Counted from the first letter of the stretch, positions 41,235 through 53,694 are shown. The stretch: DNA of 64,000 nucleotides from Eledone cirrhosa (GCA_964016885.1 OZ024740.1:205840001-205904000); one strand, 5' to 3'. The notes: generated by a model not told the origin, from the sequence alone. Numbers and translations are program-made.

Positions 41235-41922
41235 TCTCTATATATAAAACTGAGGATGTCTGCCTGTGTGTGTGTGTGTGAGTTTGAATCCCTAAAACTA
41301 GAGAAACACCCGACCGACTGTTTTCAAACTTTACACATGTAATACTTGTTTCAAGTAGTGTTCTGAGCCAAAAAAAAATTTCAAATTTTCAATGCCCTAG
41401 AGACCGCATTAGGCGATTTAGCGATCTCTCTCTATAATTCTTAGTCTTTCTCTTTTTAGATAGATACATACATATAACGTCGCGCCCTTATAATATCTGG
41501 CTGTCTGCATTACGTCACTTTCAGAACGCGCCCTTATAATTGTTTCTATATTTGGCACAAGGCCAGAAATTATCCCAGTGCATTACTGGTACTTTATTTT
41601 ATCGACCCCGTAAGGATGAAAGGCAAAGTTAACCTCGGCGAGATTTGAACGCACCCTTATAATATCTGTCTGTATGTCTGGCTGTCAGCTGCATCCAGTT
41701 ATTCTGCCACCCTTGCTCAAGACAAATCTCACACTCATTCCCCAAACAGTTGGTAAGTGCACACAACTTCTTCCTCACGTTTTAAGCCACAGTGTTGCTT
41801 ACTTACATACCACCAGACCCTTACTTCTTTGCCAGCCGTGGTTGTGGCAATACTAAGCTTAGCTAAGGCGGTTATATATTTCACAATACCTTATCCCGTG
41901 CAACGCCGGGTACCACTGCTAG
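41235..41922 (+). mobile_element. Non-autonomous Helitron with nested SINE fragment (41541-41650)
   Basis: A|TCTCTATATATAAAA ... CCCGTGCAACGCCGGG..CTAG|T; nested SINE TSD GAACGC(G/A)CCCTTATAAT. Confidence 0.9.
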
Positions 41923-42036
41923 TTATTTATAATTCTTGATTATTTTCACAATTATTTGAAAACCATAGCCAGTGTTATGAGAAATATGGTATCAAAAGGG
42001 TTAAGGAGAAAACTGAGAAAAATATAAAAAACATAC

Positions 42037-42568
42037 GTGAAAAAAGCAAATGGCGGGCGAGTTGATTGTTGACATCCACAAATGATTGTTTGATAACTTC
42101 CTCCAGATCATCTGTTTGATTCAGCCAAAACAAAATGCTCTTTTTCATCTTTTGATTGACAAAATCAACAGCTTCTGTACCTGCATGTCCATCGTACATC
42201 CCAAAATAGAGAAGGTTGGGAGAAAGTTCTTCAACAGCATAACGATCTTCATTAACTTTACGCCGCCCTAACAGTGTGGCACTTCCAATTTCAGTCAGTG
42301 GAATCTTAGGAATAATCTTGCCTCGTTCGATACTTTCTTCATAATGAATTGGTAGTTCAAGACGACTATTCCAACAGCCAAGTGTATCAAAATTGATTCC
42401 AGCTTGTCGACTACCTTTATTCTCAGGATCAGAGAGAAACCTATAGTTTTTTGAAGAAGTTTGGTAGAGTTTCTGTTCTAAATGAGTTACAGTTGGCTTC
42501 TGATAACTTAAGAGCCATTGAGCCTTGATCAAAGAGGCTAGCTTAGCAGGTTGTCTTGAGATAAGCAT
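42037..42568 (-). CDS. PPM1K: PPM1K first coding exon (presumed mitochondrial targeting region, RRKVNEDR, YDGHAG)
   Basis: ATG at 42568; donor C|gtatgt at 42036; acceptor tctattttag at 42615-42614 implies an upstream non-coding exon; 532+314+270 nt gives 371 aa plus stop. Confidence 0.95.
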
Positions 42569-43499
42569 CCAAGAAGTTTCAAAATCTGATCCAAACAGCA
42601 GTAATTATTTCTTCTAAAATAGAGAGAAAAATAGCTTTTTATTTATGTAGAACATAAGACTGACAGAAATTCAAAAAAAAATAGTTTTAAAGAATACAAT
42701 AACTTCAATTTAACTTAATGAAGCTCAAATATAGCTATAGCTGAGTACTACTCAAATACCTGAGTTAGTAATACTTCTACATACACATAAGTAGACTACA
42801 ACTATACAGATAATTATGCTCACAAGCAGCTTAGACAGCATGACCACCAGCTACAACAACCCCACTAAATAGGGACATAGCTAATTGGCAAGGATTCACC
42901 CACAACACTCTACGATTAGTCCACAGCCATACAGTTTTGAATTAATGTGGGAGCCTCTATGCACTCCATTGATCATCAAAAATAGCAGCCAAATGTCCCT
43001 CAAATCATATACTGCCATCTTTAAAAAAAAAAAGGACATATTAGATAATGTAGTCCAATATATATTTTACCTGAAAAACAAAAGACATGAGTGATGGTTG
43101 GAATGCCTTCCATCATTGGTCTACTAAATTAGAAATAGTCTGGTCATGGGTATGGCTGAATGGTTAAGAAGTTTGCTTCACAATCATAATGTGCTGGGTT
43201 TGATCCAACTGTGTATATAAGTTAGGGTACATAATCCTCTCAGTTAAGTATTTTCTTGTAGGTGTTAGATGATATACATATCTTCTGTATGTAAACAGTA
43301 TAATTTGTGATGATAAACATTTCAAAACAACATAATAGAAGATCTGGATCACTGACAACAGAATTGTTGACATCGTTGGTAGCTCATTTTCTGAATAATA
43401 ATAATATAATAATTGTTTCTACTTTTGGCACAAGGCCAGCAATTACCCAGTGCATTACTGGTACTTTATTTTATCGACCCCGTAAGGATGAAAGGCAAA

Positions 43500-44692
43500 T
43501 AATAATGAAATTATTGTGTACAGTACTCAGGTGCACTACAACTCGTCAAAAGTGCATGTATAGTACACAGAATAATATACAAATGTCAGGGAAGTGTATA
43601 GTGTATGAGTCATGATATACATGTGTGTATGTGTGTGGAGGGGGAACATTCGGTGTAGTGTTGGCGAATCTCAGGAAGCATGGAGGTTTTAAAGGATGCA
43701 GAGTCTCGACAGCTAACAACTGATGCAGGTAGTTTGTTCCATTCTTCAGCAACTCTGAGCGTGAAAAAGTCATGGGAACTGTGCTGTTTTCTGACTTTGT
43801 GGACATGTCCACATGTGTTAGACACATGGAAATCAAAAAGGTACTCAGGGTTGTTGTTGGCAAGATGGTTAACAATTTTGTGAGTGTTTACCAAGTCAGT
43901 TGCCAGGCGTCGGAGCTTCAATGTATCCATGCCCAGGGAAGCAAGGCGTTCAGAGTATGGTAGATGCCTGATGGAGGGTATTCGCTTAGTTGCACATCTC
44001 TGAACAGTTTCCAGGCAGTCAATGTTCTGAGCAAGATAGGGGTTCCAGACTGGTGATGCAAATTCTAAGTGTGGCCGCACCATAGCTATATACAGCTTTA
44101 AATAGATAGCTGGAGAGCGGCTAACAAAGGTCTTGCTGAGTGATACTAAGACACCCTCGGCCTTCTTGACAATTTTAGAGACGTGCTTCGTCCAACGCAA
44201 ATCGCTGCTGACCGTAATGCCCAGGGCACGTTCACAAGAAGACTTCTTGATGTTAGTGTTGTGGAGGGAGTATGTGGATGCTGGGTTTTTACTCCCAAAA
44301 TGCATGGTGGTACACTTGTCCACAGCTAGCTTGAGTTGCCAGTCTGTGATCCATTGTGTCCAGGTCAGATTGCAGGCAAGATCTATAGTGTTCAGGATCG
44401 GTCCTTTTTATCTCAAGGTACAGCTTGATGTCATCTGCATATTTCAGTACTGTGGCATTCTTTAAGTTGACATCTATGTCGTTAATATATGCCACAAACA
44501 AAAGGGGGCCAAGAACAGATCCCTGTGGTACACCAGATGACATCTCATATGGTGAGGAATGCTGTCCTAGAACCGTGACTACCTCTCTTCGACTGAGAAT
44601 GATGGACTTCAACCAGTTAAAAAGATCATCCTTCACACCCATTGCAGTGAGTTTTGCCATAAGTCTTTTGTGTGGCACAGAATTGAAAGCTT
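43500..44692 (-). mobile_element. 5'-truncated CR1/L2-clade LINE
   Basis: KAFNSVPH, GVPQGSVLGPLLF, YADD, VRPHLEFASPVWNP; (ATT)n tail. Confidence 0.92.
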
Positions 44693-45359
44693 TCAGAATG
44701 AAGGCTTCAGGTGAAGTCCGTGAGTGTTTGGCTATCCTGGGGCCCCAGTCTCGCTATTGCCCTGCTGTGTGTCTTTGCTTGCCTCAAAACATTTCAAGGG
44801 AGACTTATTGAAGGTATGAAATTCAAGACACTAGGAAGAGCTAAGCTGTTGACAACGAGGTTCTTGTCATCATAACTGAGCTATAGCCAGGGACCTCACA
44901 ATATTTAGAGGGCTCCAAATTATTATTGTTTTGTTTTTTGTTTGTTCTTTTTTATTTGCTGCCATAAATAATGCTATCCTCTATGGAATTTTCAGCCATA
45001 CAGGTTTAATCAAGCGCCTCAGCCTCGCTATAAGCAGCAGTAATGCAGTGAGAGTATGTGCATGCATTTTAAACTAAAACACTTATTTTATCGATCTATT
45101 TTTGTCGAACCGCCAATTACGGGACATAGATACAAATATACAAACGTAAACAAACACACACACACACACATACATACATTATATATATATATATATAACA
45201 GGTTTCTGCAATTTCTGTCATTACACACAAGGCATTGGTCAGTCCACTGCAATATAGTAAAAAAAAAAATAATAAAACATGCCCAATATGCCCTACCATA
45301 TGACTAAACACGAAACTACGAGGTTGCAAATCAAACTCCTTAACCACAAACCCAGACCA

Positions 45360-46300
45360 ACACAGAGAGAGAAGGGGAAGAAAGAGAGACATAACATATG
45401 TACGTACATACAGAGGGAGAGAGAGGGATGGAGAGATAACACACGTACGCACATACATACATAACATACATATATAACATAGACGTTTGGGGGATTCGGG
45501 CCGCTGACTGCGAGGTTCCTATCCTCACTGACGGCTCGCCTAATAGAGGTGACTGGCGAATCTCGCGAGAGTGTTTGGCTGTTTCAGCGCATCAGCCTCG
45601 CCATCACCCGAGGCGACGCTGCGAGTGTGCTGGCTTGCCTCAAAAATCATTAGAGAGGTTGCCCAGTACTCGCGACGTTGCTGTCTTTTGCTCTGGTGTT
45701 GGCTCCGTTGTTCACCCCTTCCTTTACATTTTCTTTAATATTGTAGCATTGAAGGAATATATCTTTCATTGTATCATCCTTTGTAGTGTTACCGAGGCAT
45801 TTGTAATGTTATTTATGTATATATTTAAAACATATTTGTTATGTTATTTTACTGTAAATTTATTTATATGCTCTGTTTATATTTTCATTCTGAAGGAATT
45901 GCAAACGATTTGTAATGTTGTTTGTGCAACTATGAAGGATATATTTATGAAATAAAGTATTATAACATAGATACATACATACGTACATACAGAGGGAGAG
46001 AGAGAGATAACACACGTACGCACATACATACATAACATACATATATAACAGATACATACATACGTACATACAGACAGAGAGAAGGAAAGAGACATAAAAT
46101 ATGTACGTACATGTATAACATAACATACATATATAACAGATACGTACAAATAGAGGGAGAGAGAAGGAAAGAGAGATAACATATGTACGCACATACATAC
46201 ATAACATAGATACATACATACGTACATACAGAGGGAGAGAGGGAAAGAGATATATAACACACGTACGTACATACAAAACATACATACACACACACAAATA
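45360..46300. repeat. ACATAC/GTAC/GAGAG compound minisatellite, interrupted by the CRE element
   Basis: Repeated ACATACATACGTACATACAGAGGGAGAGAG units. Confidence 0.8.
45484..45960 (+). mobile_element. 5'-truncated CRE-clade (restriction-like endonuclease) non-LTR element
   Basis: TFGGFGPLTARFLSSL...TGESRESVWLFQRISLAITRGDAASVLACLKNH*; AATAAA near the 3' end; 11-bp TSD TATAACATAGA. Confidence 0.8.
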
Positions 46301-47773
46301 AACAGAAACCCAGCAACTGTTGAAGTATGTCAATTATGCAAACTGCATTGTTAGAATTATTAGTGGCTATATTTTAAAACAAACTGTTCCCAATTTAAAA
46401 GAATGTCATAACAATAAATGACGCCTTCTTTGTAAACAATAATATATTATTGGCTGTCTATATCTCACCCCCTTTCTATAAATGTCTCTGTCTTTCTCTA
46501 TCCCTCTCTATAAATATCTGTCTGTCTTTCTCTATCCCTCTCTATAAATATCTGTCTGTCTTTCTCTATCCCTCTCATTCTCTCTCTCTATATATATATG
46601 TATATATATATATTATTATTTAGAAAGTGAACAACAGCTCTGTTCTATACATAGAGCACTCTTTTTTCTGTTGCCTTTTCTTCGGAATTACCTAACTCGC
46701 ACACACACATATATATAAACGTCGTCGTCGTCTCTCTCTAATATAATATATGAGTGTGTATTTGTTTGTATAATATCAAATTTAATTTTTTTTTTTAAAT
46801 GATTTTGAAACTCATCTCCATTTAGTTTTCTATTCTGGCACGTACGCGCTATATGTACATTGAAATCCTGACCTTTATATTATGACACAATGTGAAGATG
46901 CGTGGCTTGGTGGTTTGGTTGTTTGTCTCACGATCGTAAGGTCGTTAGTTCGATTTCCCGTAGAATTGTGCTTTTGAACATTTTGTTGTTATACCTCTGT
47001 TGGTTAAGACGGCGAATGTTTTAGTTTGAACAATTAAACAGCATACTCGTGAAATTAACGTGCAAGTGACTGAGCATGTCCTTGACGCAAGCTGGCCCTT
47101 TGAACTACAAGACACCTCATTTTCGAAAGTTAATTGGACTGGAACAACATGAAAAATAAAGTGTCTTGCTCATTGATGCAAGGCGCCGCTGGGAAACGAA
47201 CTTAACCTTACGATCATGAGCCGAACACCTTAACCATCAAGCCACGCGACTTCACGGGAAATTTTGTTTCCATGCAGTTGGCAAAAATGAGTTGTAATTT
47301 ATGAAGTCATTCTTGCCATACACCATTTCACACTGAATCTCCCTGAGAACTACGTTAAGAATGCACGTGTCTGAGGAATGCTCAACCAGTTGCATGTAGA
47401 TTTTGCGAATCGGATGTTCCACTATTCGAACAGTGGGCGTAGTATGGCCAAATAGTTAAGCAGTTCGCTTTGTACTTATAAGGTCCCGGATTCGATCACA
47501 CTGCGTGGCATTTGGATGTCATTTGCAAGAAGACTTGGGTTGACTCAAGCATTGTGAGTTAAATTGGGTAAACGGAAACTGTGTCGTGCTGAATCTCCCT
47601 GAGAATTACGTTAAGGATATGCATATCTGTAAAATGCTCAACGTTAACTTCATGAGCATGCAGCTCCGTCTGACGAACAATTGGAAATGTCATGACAATA
47701 TAACAGCTCTCAAAAACAAAATATAGTGTTTGTACAGAAAGAAAGTAACAACAAACCAACGACATTATGTTAT

Positions 47774-47957
47774 GGCGGTGGATTGGCAGTATCGGTAGAG
47801 GGTCGGACGCCATGCTTTCCAGCATAGTTACGTCCCTTTACGATCTGAGTTCAAATCCCGCCGAGGTTAACTTTGCCTTTCATCCTTACGGGGTCGATAA
47901 AATAAAGTACCAGTAATGCACTGAGTAATTGCTGGCCTTGTGCCTAAAGTAGAAACA
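47774..47957 (+). mobile_element. Young full-length tRNA-derived SINE; further fragments ~43410-43498, ~48248-48352
   Basis: A box TGGCAGTATCGG, B box GAGTTCAAATCC, central GCCTTTCATCCTTACGGGGTCGATAAAA; flanking ATTATGTT repeat. Confidence 0.9.
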
Positions 47958-48494
47958 ATTATGTTCTGAAAGAATTGTGAGCAATTTGTAATGTTATTAT
48001 GTATATATATATTATTAATAAAATATTTGATTTTAACATTAAAAAGAAATTAAAGAAAATATGAAAGATTGTAAATATAAAGGTTTATTTTTAAACAGTC
48101 CCTATTCAGTTGTATAAAAGAACATCACAAATGTGTAAATAACATTAACTCGCAATTCGTTCATGACAAATATAATGTTCATAAACATAAATATGTGTAT
48201 ATTATTGTAATTGATTTAAATAAATCAATATATTTACGCATAACAAATAATTGTTTCTACTTTTGGCACAAGGCCAGCAATTACCCAGTCAGTACATTAC
48301 TGGTACTTTATTTTATCGACCCCGTAAGGATGAAAGGCAAAGTGAACCTCGACGATCGAGTTGTCTAAACTCTAAAAATGTTTACATAACGTAGAAAGAA
48401 GATGACGGCAAAAGAAAATACTTTATAATTCATGAATTGTATAATAATTCAAATAAACACAATTTATATAGATAAATATAAAATACGAGCAAAC

Positions 48495-48650
48495 CTGTGG
48501 AGTTATTTAACAAGCTGCACCAGAGTTCGGAAGATGAAGTGTCTGAGGTACTATTACTATTGTAATATAGACTTCTCAGTATCACCTTTGTTATTGGTTG
48601 AAAGTTAACACACCTACTAATTCGAAACGCACCTCCCCCCCCCCCCATCT
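48495..48650 (-). promoter_or_regulatory. Candidate PPM1K promoter / non-coding first exon
   Basis: Non-repeat sequence in a CpG-retaining zone; CCAAT on the minus strand at ~48593-48597; possible donor CAG|gtttgc at 48494. Inference only. Confidence 0.3.
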
Positions 48651-49046
48651 CTCTAGTATAGATTGAAGGTACCCATTTACGTGTGTTGTTTTAAAGCGAA
48701 TAACTGTCTACTCTGGGAGTTTACTTAACATTGCCTATTGAGTACGCTGAGATGCAACCGGTACAAGCAGTGAAACCCATGCTAGTCTCGTCAACATATA
48801 TATATATATATTGTGCGTGTGTGAGTCCCGGATACAATCGGGGGTAACCGCAGTTATTAAGGTACTCAATACATTAGTAGAATGTAAACATCATGTTTAA
48901 TATAAAAATTACTTCTACAAGACTAGAACTGTTTCATTCAAAATAAATCACCAGGAATAGTTAGAGAAGAGAAGTGCTGGGATAAAAAAAATACAGACAA
49001 ATACATATTATATATATGTATTATAACATATAATATATATGATGAG

Positions 49047-49147
49047 TATGGGCTTTTCCATCATAAAGTATGTACATTTCCCTAACACATATATAAAGTA
49101 CATAGTATTTAGGGAAAAGTACATACTCTATGATGGAAAAGCCCATA
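49047..49147. repeat. Palindrome H1 (39-bp arms, 23-nt loop)
   Basis: 49047-49085 is the reverse complement of 49109-49147, with 2 mismatches. Confidence 0.95.
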
Positions 49148-49722
49148 GCTATCATATTGCTCTGGTGTTGGCTCGGTTGTTCACTCCTTCCTTTACATTT
49201 TCTTTACTGTTTTAAAGGATTTGTTTGTTTGTTTGTTTTTTTAGTACTGTTTGGTATTCCTTCTTAAGTTTCCACAGTTTTTTTCCCCCTCTTCTTTTAT
49301 TTAAACATTGCCTTTCTCCCTTCCCTTCCCCTAAACCTTTTCCTTACTTTCGTTATTTAATTTTTTCACTCTTTCTTTTGTTATTGCAAACATTATATAA
49401 CCGAATTGAAATTTGTCGAATAAATAAAAATCCCTTTATCATGTAGGTGATGGAACACCTACCCTGATATTACATATGTTATGTTACCTAAATATATATT
49501 TGGCTGCGTAATTATTTTATCCAAGGTCTTCTCTAACTATCCCCCATCTCACTACTTGCTGTAGCAATCTCCATCTAACTGTCAACATTCCAATACTACA
49601 TCACTACCTACGTAATACGTAAACAACTTTCTTGAAATTGCTTACATCAAGCGTACACGTGACAACAGCTTCACATGTCATACTCCAGCAGAACGTATTT
49701 ACGAAGATCCAAACACACACAC

Positions 49723-49764
<42 letters not shown>

Positions 49765-49997
49765 TATTTTATTATACATATTTCAGAGGTTCTGAGTTAA
49801 GTTCAACAGTACGTCCTCATATATTGAAGCCATGTATTTTTTAAGCTGTATTACACGCACCCTCTCTATTGTTTGTATTATATATTTTTCTGATGTTCTC
49901 AATATTAGGGTATAAATATTGAGTTTTGTCATATGTTAATCACTACCATGACTAAATCTTAACCATCTACTATGTCAGAGTATGTCATGCATCATTT

Positions 49998-50064
49998 TAT
50001 TTTATCTGATGAGGACGTACTGTTGAACTTAACTCAGTACGTCTGAAATATGTATAATAAAATA
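49998..50064 (+). ncRNA. Minimal type I hammerhead ribozyme (Penelope-type)
   Basis: Stem I TATTTTAT/ATAAAATA; CTGATGA; stem II GGACGTACTG..CAGTACGTCT; GAAA; short stem III; predicted AUA cleavage after 50056. Confidence 0.8.
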
Positions 50065-50200
50065 TAATTGATCACAAGAATATCTATTTTGTTAATATTT
50101 TAAATTAATATTAATAACTCTGGAAAACATATTTGTTGAGTGCTTCCAATCTATTGTAAAACTCATTCTTTGATGTATTTATTGAACCTTGTTTAACTTT

Positions 50201-50267
<67 letters not shown>

Positions 50268-50347
50268 CGAAGGAATTGTGGTAAGGAATCAGATGGACCA
50301 TAACGCACCAGAGTACTCAATACTTAGGGTAGTAGAGTGGGTAATAG

Positions 50348-50451
50348 GAAAAAGTATGACTCCGACGGCAGAGCTCAAGCCGTTTCGACGGCTATTTCTA
50401 GAAAGAGCCGTCGAAACGGCTTGAGCTCTGCCATCGGGGTCATACTTTTTC
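50348..50451. repeat. Palindrome H2 (52-bp arms, no loop)
   Basis: Centred on TTTCTAGAAA, 3 mismatches. Confidence 0.95.
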
Positions 50452-50548
50452 ATATATATATATATATTTATACACACACAGTGTCCCCAAAAAATGTGTA
50501 CAGATATTATCAGAATGCTGTTGAACTGTGTATTTTGGGGGGACACCC

Positions 50549-50633
<85 letters not shown>

Positions 50634-50776
50634 TGAGTTTATGTTGGTTGTATACCAACACCTCAGTATGCAGGCTGGAGCACTCGACGAAGTGCGCAGG
50701 TTGGTTTGGTTACTCCGGAGTAGTGTAAAATAAAGTTAAATAAAAGTCAAATGATTAAAATTTAGCTTCGTTTATT

Positions 50777-50831
50777 ACTGCTATATATATTTCAGTGACA
50801 GCCATCTTTGGCTGTGACCTCTTCAGGCAGT
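50777..50831 (-). ncRNA. Minimal type I hammerhead ribozyme
   Basis: Minus strand: ACTGC-CTGAAGA-GGTCACAGCC(AAAGAT)GGCTGTCACT-GAAA-TATATA-TA-GCAGT. Confidence 0.8.
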
Positions 50832-51362
50832 TTGAATTAGTATGGTATAGACAAGTACATATGTTGTTTAGGTGTATAATATTGTCAATACTCTGATATG
50901 CCCAGTTCCTTGTTGGGTTGTTAATTCACTGAGGAACTGGAGTCATATGAATTCAAACAAACACTACAGGGAGCCTCATCCCAGAAAGAATTCTATAGAC
51001 TTCTGACTGAGGAATGCTCTCAGAACTGACCAATGGGAAGTTTGACCCTTTTTTGTTTTATTTTGTTCCTTTAACACCTTGTCCCTTCTACCATTTTATC
51101 AATTTTTAAGCCAACTCCAACAATAACAACACTTAGAATGAGGAATGTTCTAATAACTGACCAATGAGAGGAGAAGAGGACCTTTGTCACTGAAATTCGT
51201 TTGTTTGAATTCATATGACTCCAGTTCCTCAGTGAAATAACAACCCAAGGAACTGGGCATATCAGAGTATTGACAATATTATACACCTAAACAACATATG
51301 TACTTGTCTATACCATACCAATTCAAACTGCCTGAAGAGGTCACAGCCAAAGATGGCTGTCA

Positions 51363-51397
51363 CTGAGGAAGGGCTTATGCCCGAAACGTCGTTCCCC
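51363..51397 (+). ncRNA. Hammerhead core with displaced 5' stem-I strand
   Basis: CTGAGGA-A-GGGC(TTAT)GCCC-GAAA-CG-TC; upstream sequence interrupted by a templated insertion. Confidence 0.6.
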
Positions 51398-51480
51398 ACC
51401 AACACCCCACTCTCCAGAGCGTGAAATTAATAAACATTCGTTGTACTGCCTCTCTGTTTTGTTCCTGTTCAAATTTTTCC

Positions 51481-51567
<87 letters not shown>

Positions 51568-51646
51568 GTATGTGTGTGTGTGTATATATATATATATAAT
51601 CATCATCGTTTAACGTTTATTTTCCACGCTAGTATGGGACTAGTAT

Positions 51647-51747
51647 ATATATGATATACCGATACGGTCTTGATTATTCAATCCCAGTATTGGCAGACTG
51701 CCAATACTGGAATTGAATAATCAAAACCGTAGCGGTATGTCATATAT
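51647..51747. repeat. Palindrome H3 (50-bp arms, 1-nt centre at 51697)
   Basis: 4 mismatches between the arms. Confidence 0.95.
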
Positions 51748-52070
51748 CAAATCATATATTTTGATTATAAGAATATTTTTCATTTGTTAATATTTTGAAT
51801 TATATATATATATATTTAAAAATTAAACAAGATTCAATGAATACATCAAAGAATGAGTTTTACAATAGATTGGAAGCACTCAACAAATATGTTTTCCAGA
51901 GTTATTAATATTAATTCAAAATAATAACAAAATAGATATTCTTGTGATCAATTATATTTTATTATACATATTTCAGAGGTACTGAGTTAAGTTTAACAGT
52001 ACGTCCTCATGAAATATGTATAATAAAATATAATTGATCACAAGAATATCTATTTTGTTAATATTTTGAA

Positions 52071-52124
<54 letters not shown>

Positions 52125-52344
52125 AAAGGCCTACCAATTTTGCACGTACTATACATACACACATATACATCCTCCTAACAACATTCCATGTACCATTTAC
52201 AGAAGCTTCTTAGTACGTATTCACTTAACTTGCAGCATCTTATCTACATTCTTCTCAAATTAAATATTATTCAGCTGTCATTTTGGCTGAGTAATTTTCC
52301 ATAGACTATATATACATGTGTGTATGTATCTGTATACACATACA

Positions 52345-52724
52345 AACATATATATATATATATTATATATATATATATTGTTATATATATATATTATATT
52401 ATATATATTATATTATATATATATATATTATATATATATATATTATATTATCTATATTATATTATATATATTATATTATATATATTATATTATATATATA
52501 TATATATTATCTATATTATATTATATTATTATATATTATATTATATATATTATATATATATATATAATATATATATATATTATATATATATATATTATAT
52601 TATATATATTATATTATATATATTATATTATATATATTATATTATATATATTATATATATATATATATTATATTATATATATATTATTATATTATATATA
52701 TATTATATTATATATATATTATAT

Positions 52725-52756
<32 letters not shown>

Positions 52757-52764
52757 ATATATAT

Positions 52765-52798
<34 letters not shown>

Positions 52799-52905
52799 AT
52801 ATATATTATATATATATATTATATTATATATATATATTATATATATATTATATATATATATATATATTATATATATATATATATATTATATATATATATA
52901 TATAT

Positions 52906-52937
<32 letters not shown>

Positions 52938-53651
52938 ATATATATTATATATATATATTATATATATATATATATATTATATTATATATATTATATTATA
53001 TATATTATATTATATATATATATATATTATATTATATATATTTATTATATATATTATATTATATATATATATATATTATATTATAATATATATTATATAT
53101 ATATATTATATATATATATATTATATATATATATTATACATATATATATAATATAATATATATGTATAATATATATAATATAATATATATAATATAATAT
53201 ATGATATAATATATATAATATAATATATATATATAATATATAATATATATATATAATATATATATATAATATATAATATAATATATATATATATAATATT
53301 ATATATAATATATATATATATAATATAATATATATATAATATATATATATATAATATAATATATATATAATATATAATATAATATATATATATAATTTAT
53401 ATATATATATATAATATAATATATATATATATATAATATATATATATATAATATAATATATATATAATATATAATATAATATATATATATAATTTATATA
53501 TATATATATAATATAATATATATATAATATAATATATATATATAATATAATATATATATAATATAATATATATATAATATAATATATATATATAATATAT
53601 ATATATAATATAATATATATATATAATATAATATATATATATAATATAATA
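52345..53651. repeat. Compound (TA)n/TATTA array with a polarity switch near 53145
   Basis: TT-interrupted to the left, AA-interrupted to the right. Confidence 0.9.
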
Positions 53652-53694
53652 TACGATATTAAATAAATGGAAACTATATTTATAAAACCATATT

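Noticed and set aside
41975-42036. C-terminal hydrophobic tail (MFFIFFSVFSL...) of ORF 41975-42568 as a transmembrane isoform
   Set aside because: Intron read-through past a canonical GT donor into a MITE end
47774-47870. tRNA gene
   Set aside because: Has A/B boxes but no convincing cloverleaf, and continues into the SINE body found in many copies
52316-53156. 277/278-aa Ile/Tyr ORFs and similar ones at 16.2-17.5, 50-51.6 and 59.6-60.8 kb
   Set aside because: Translations of (TA)n microsatellites
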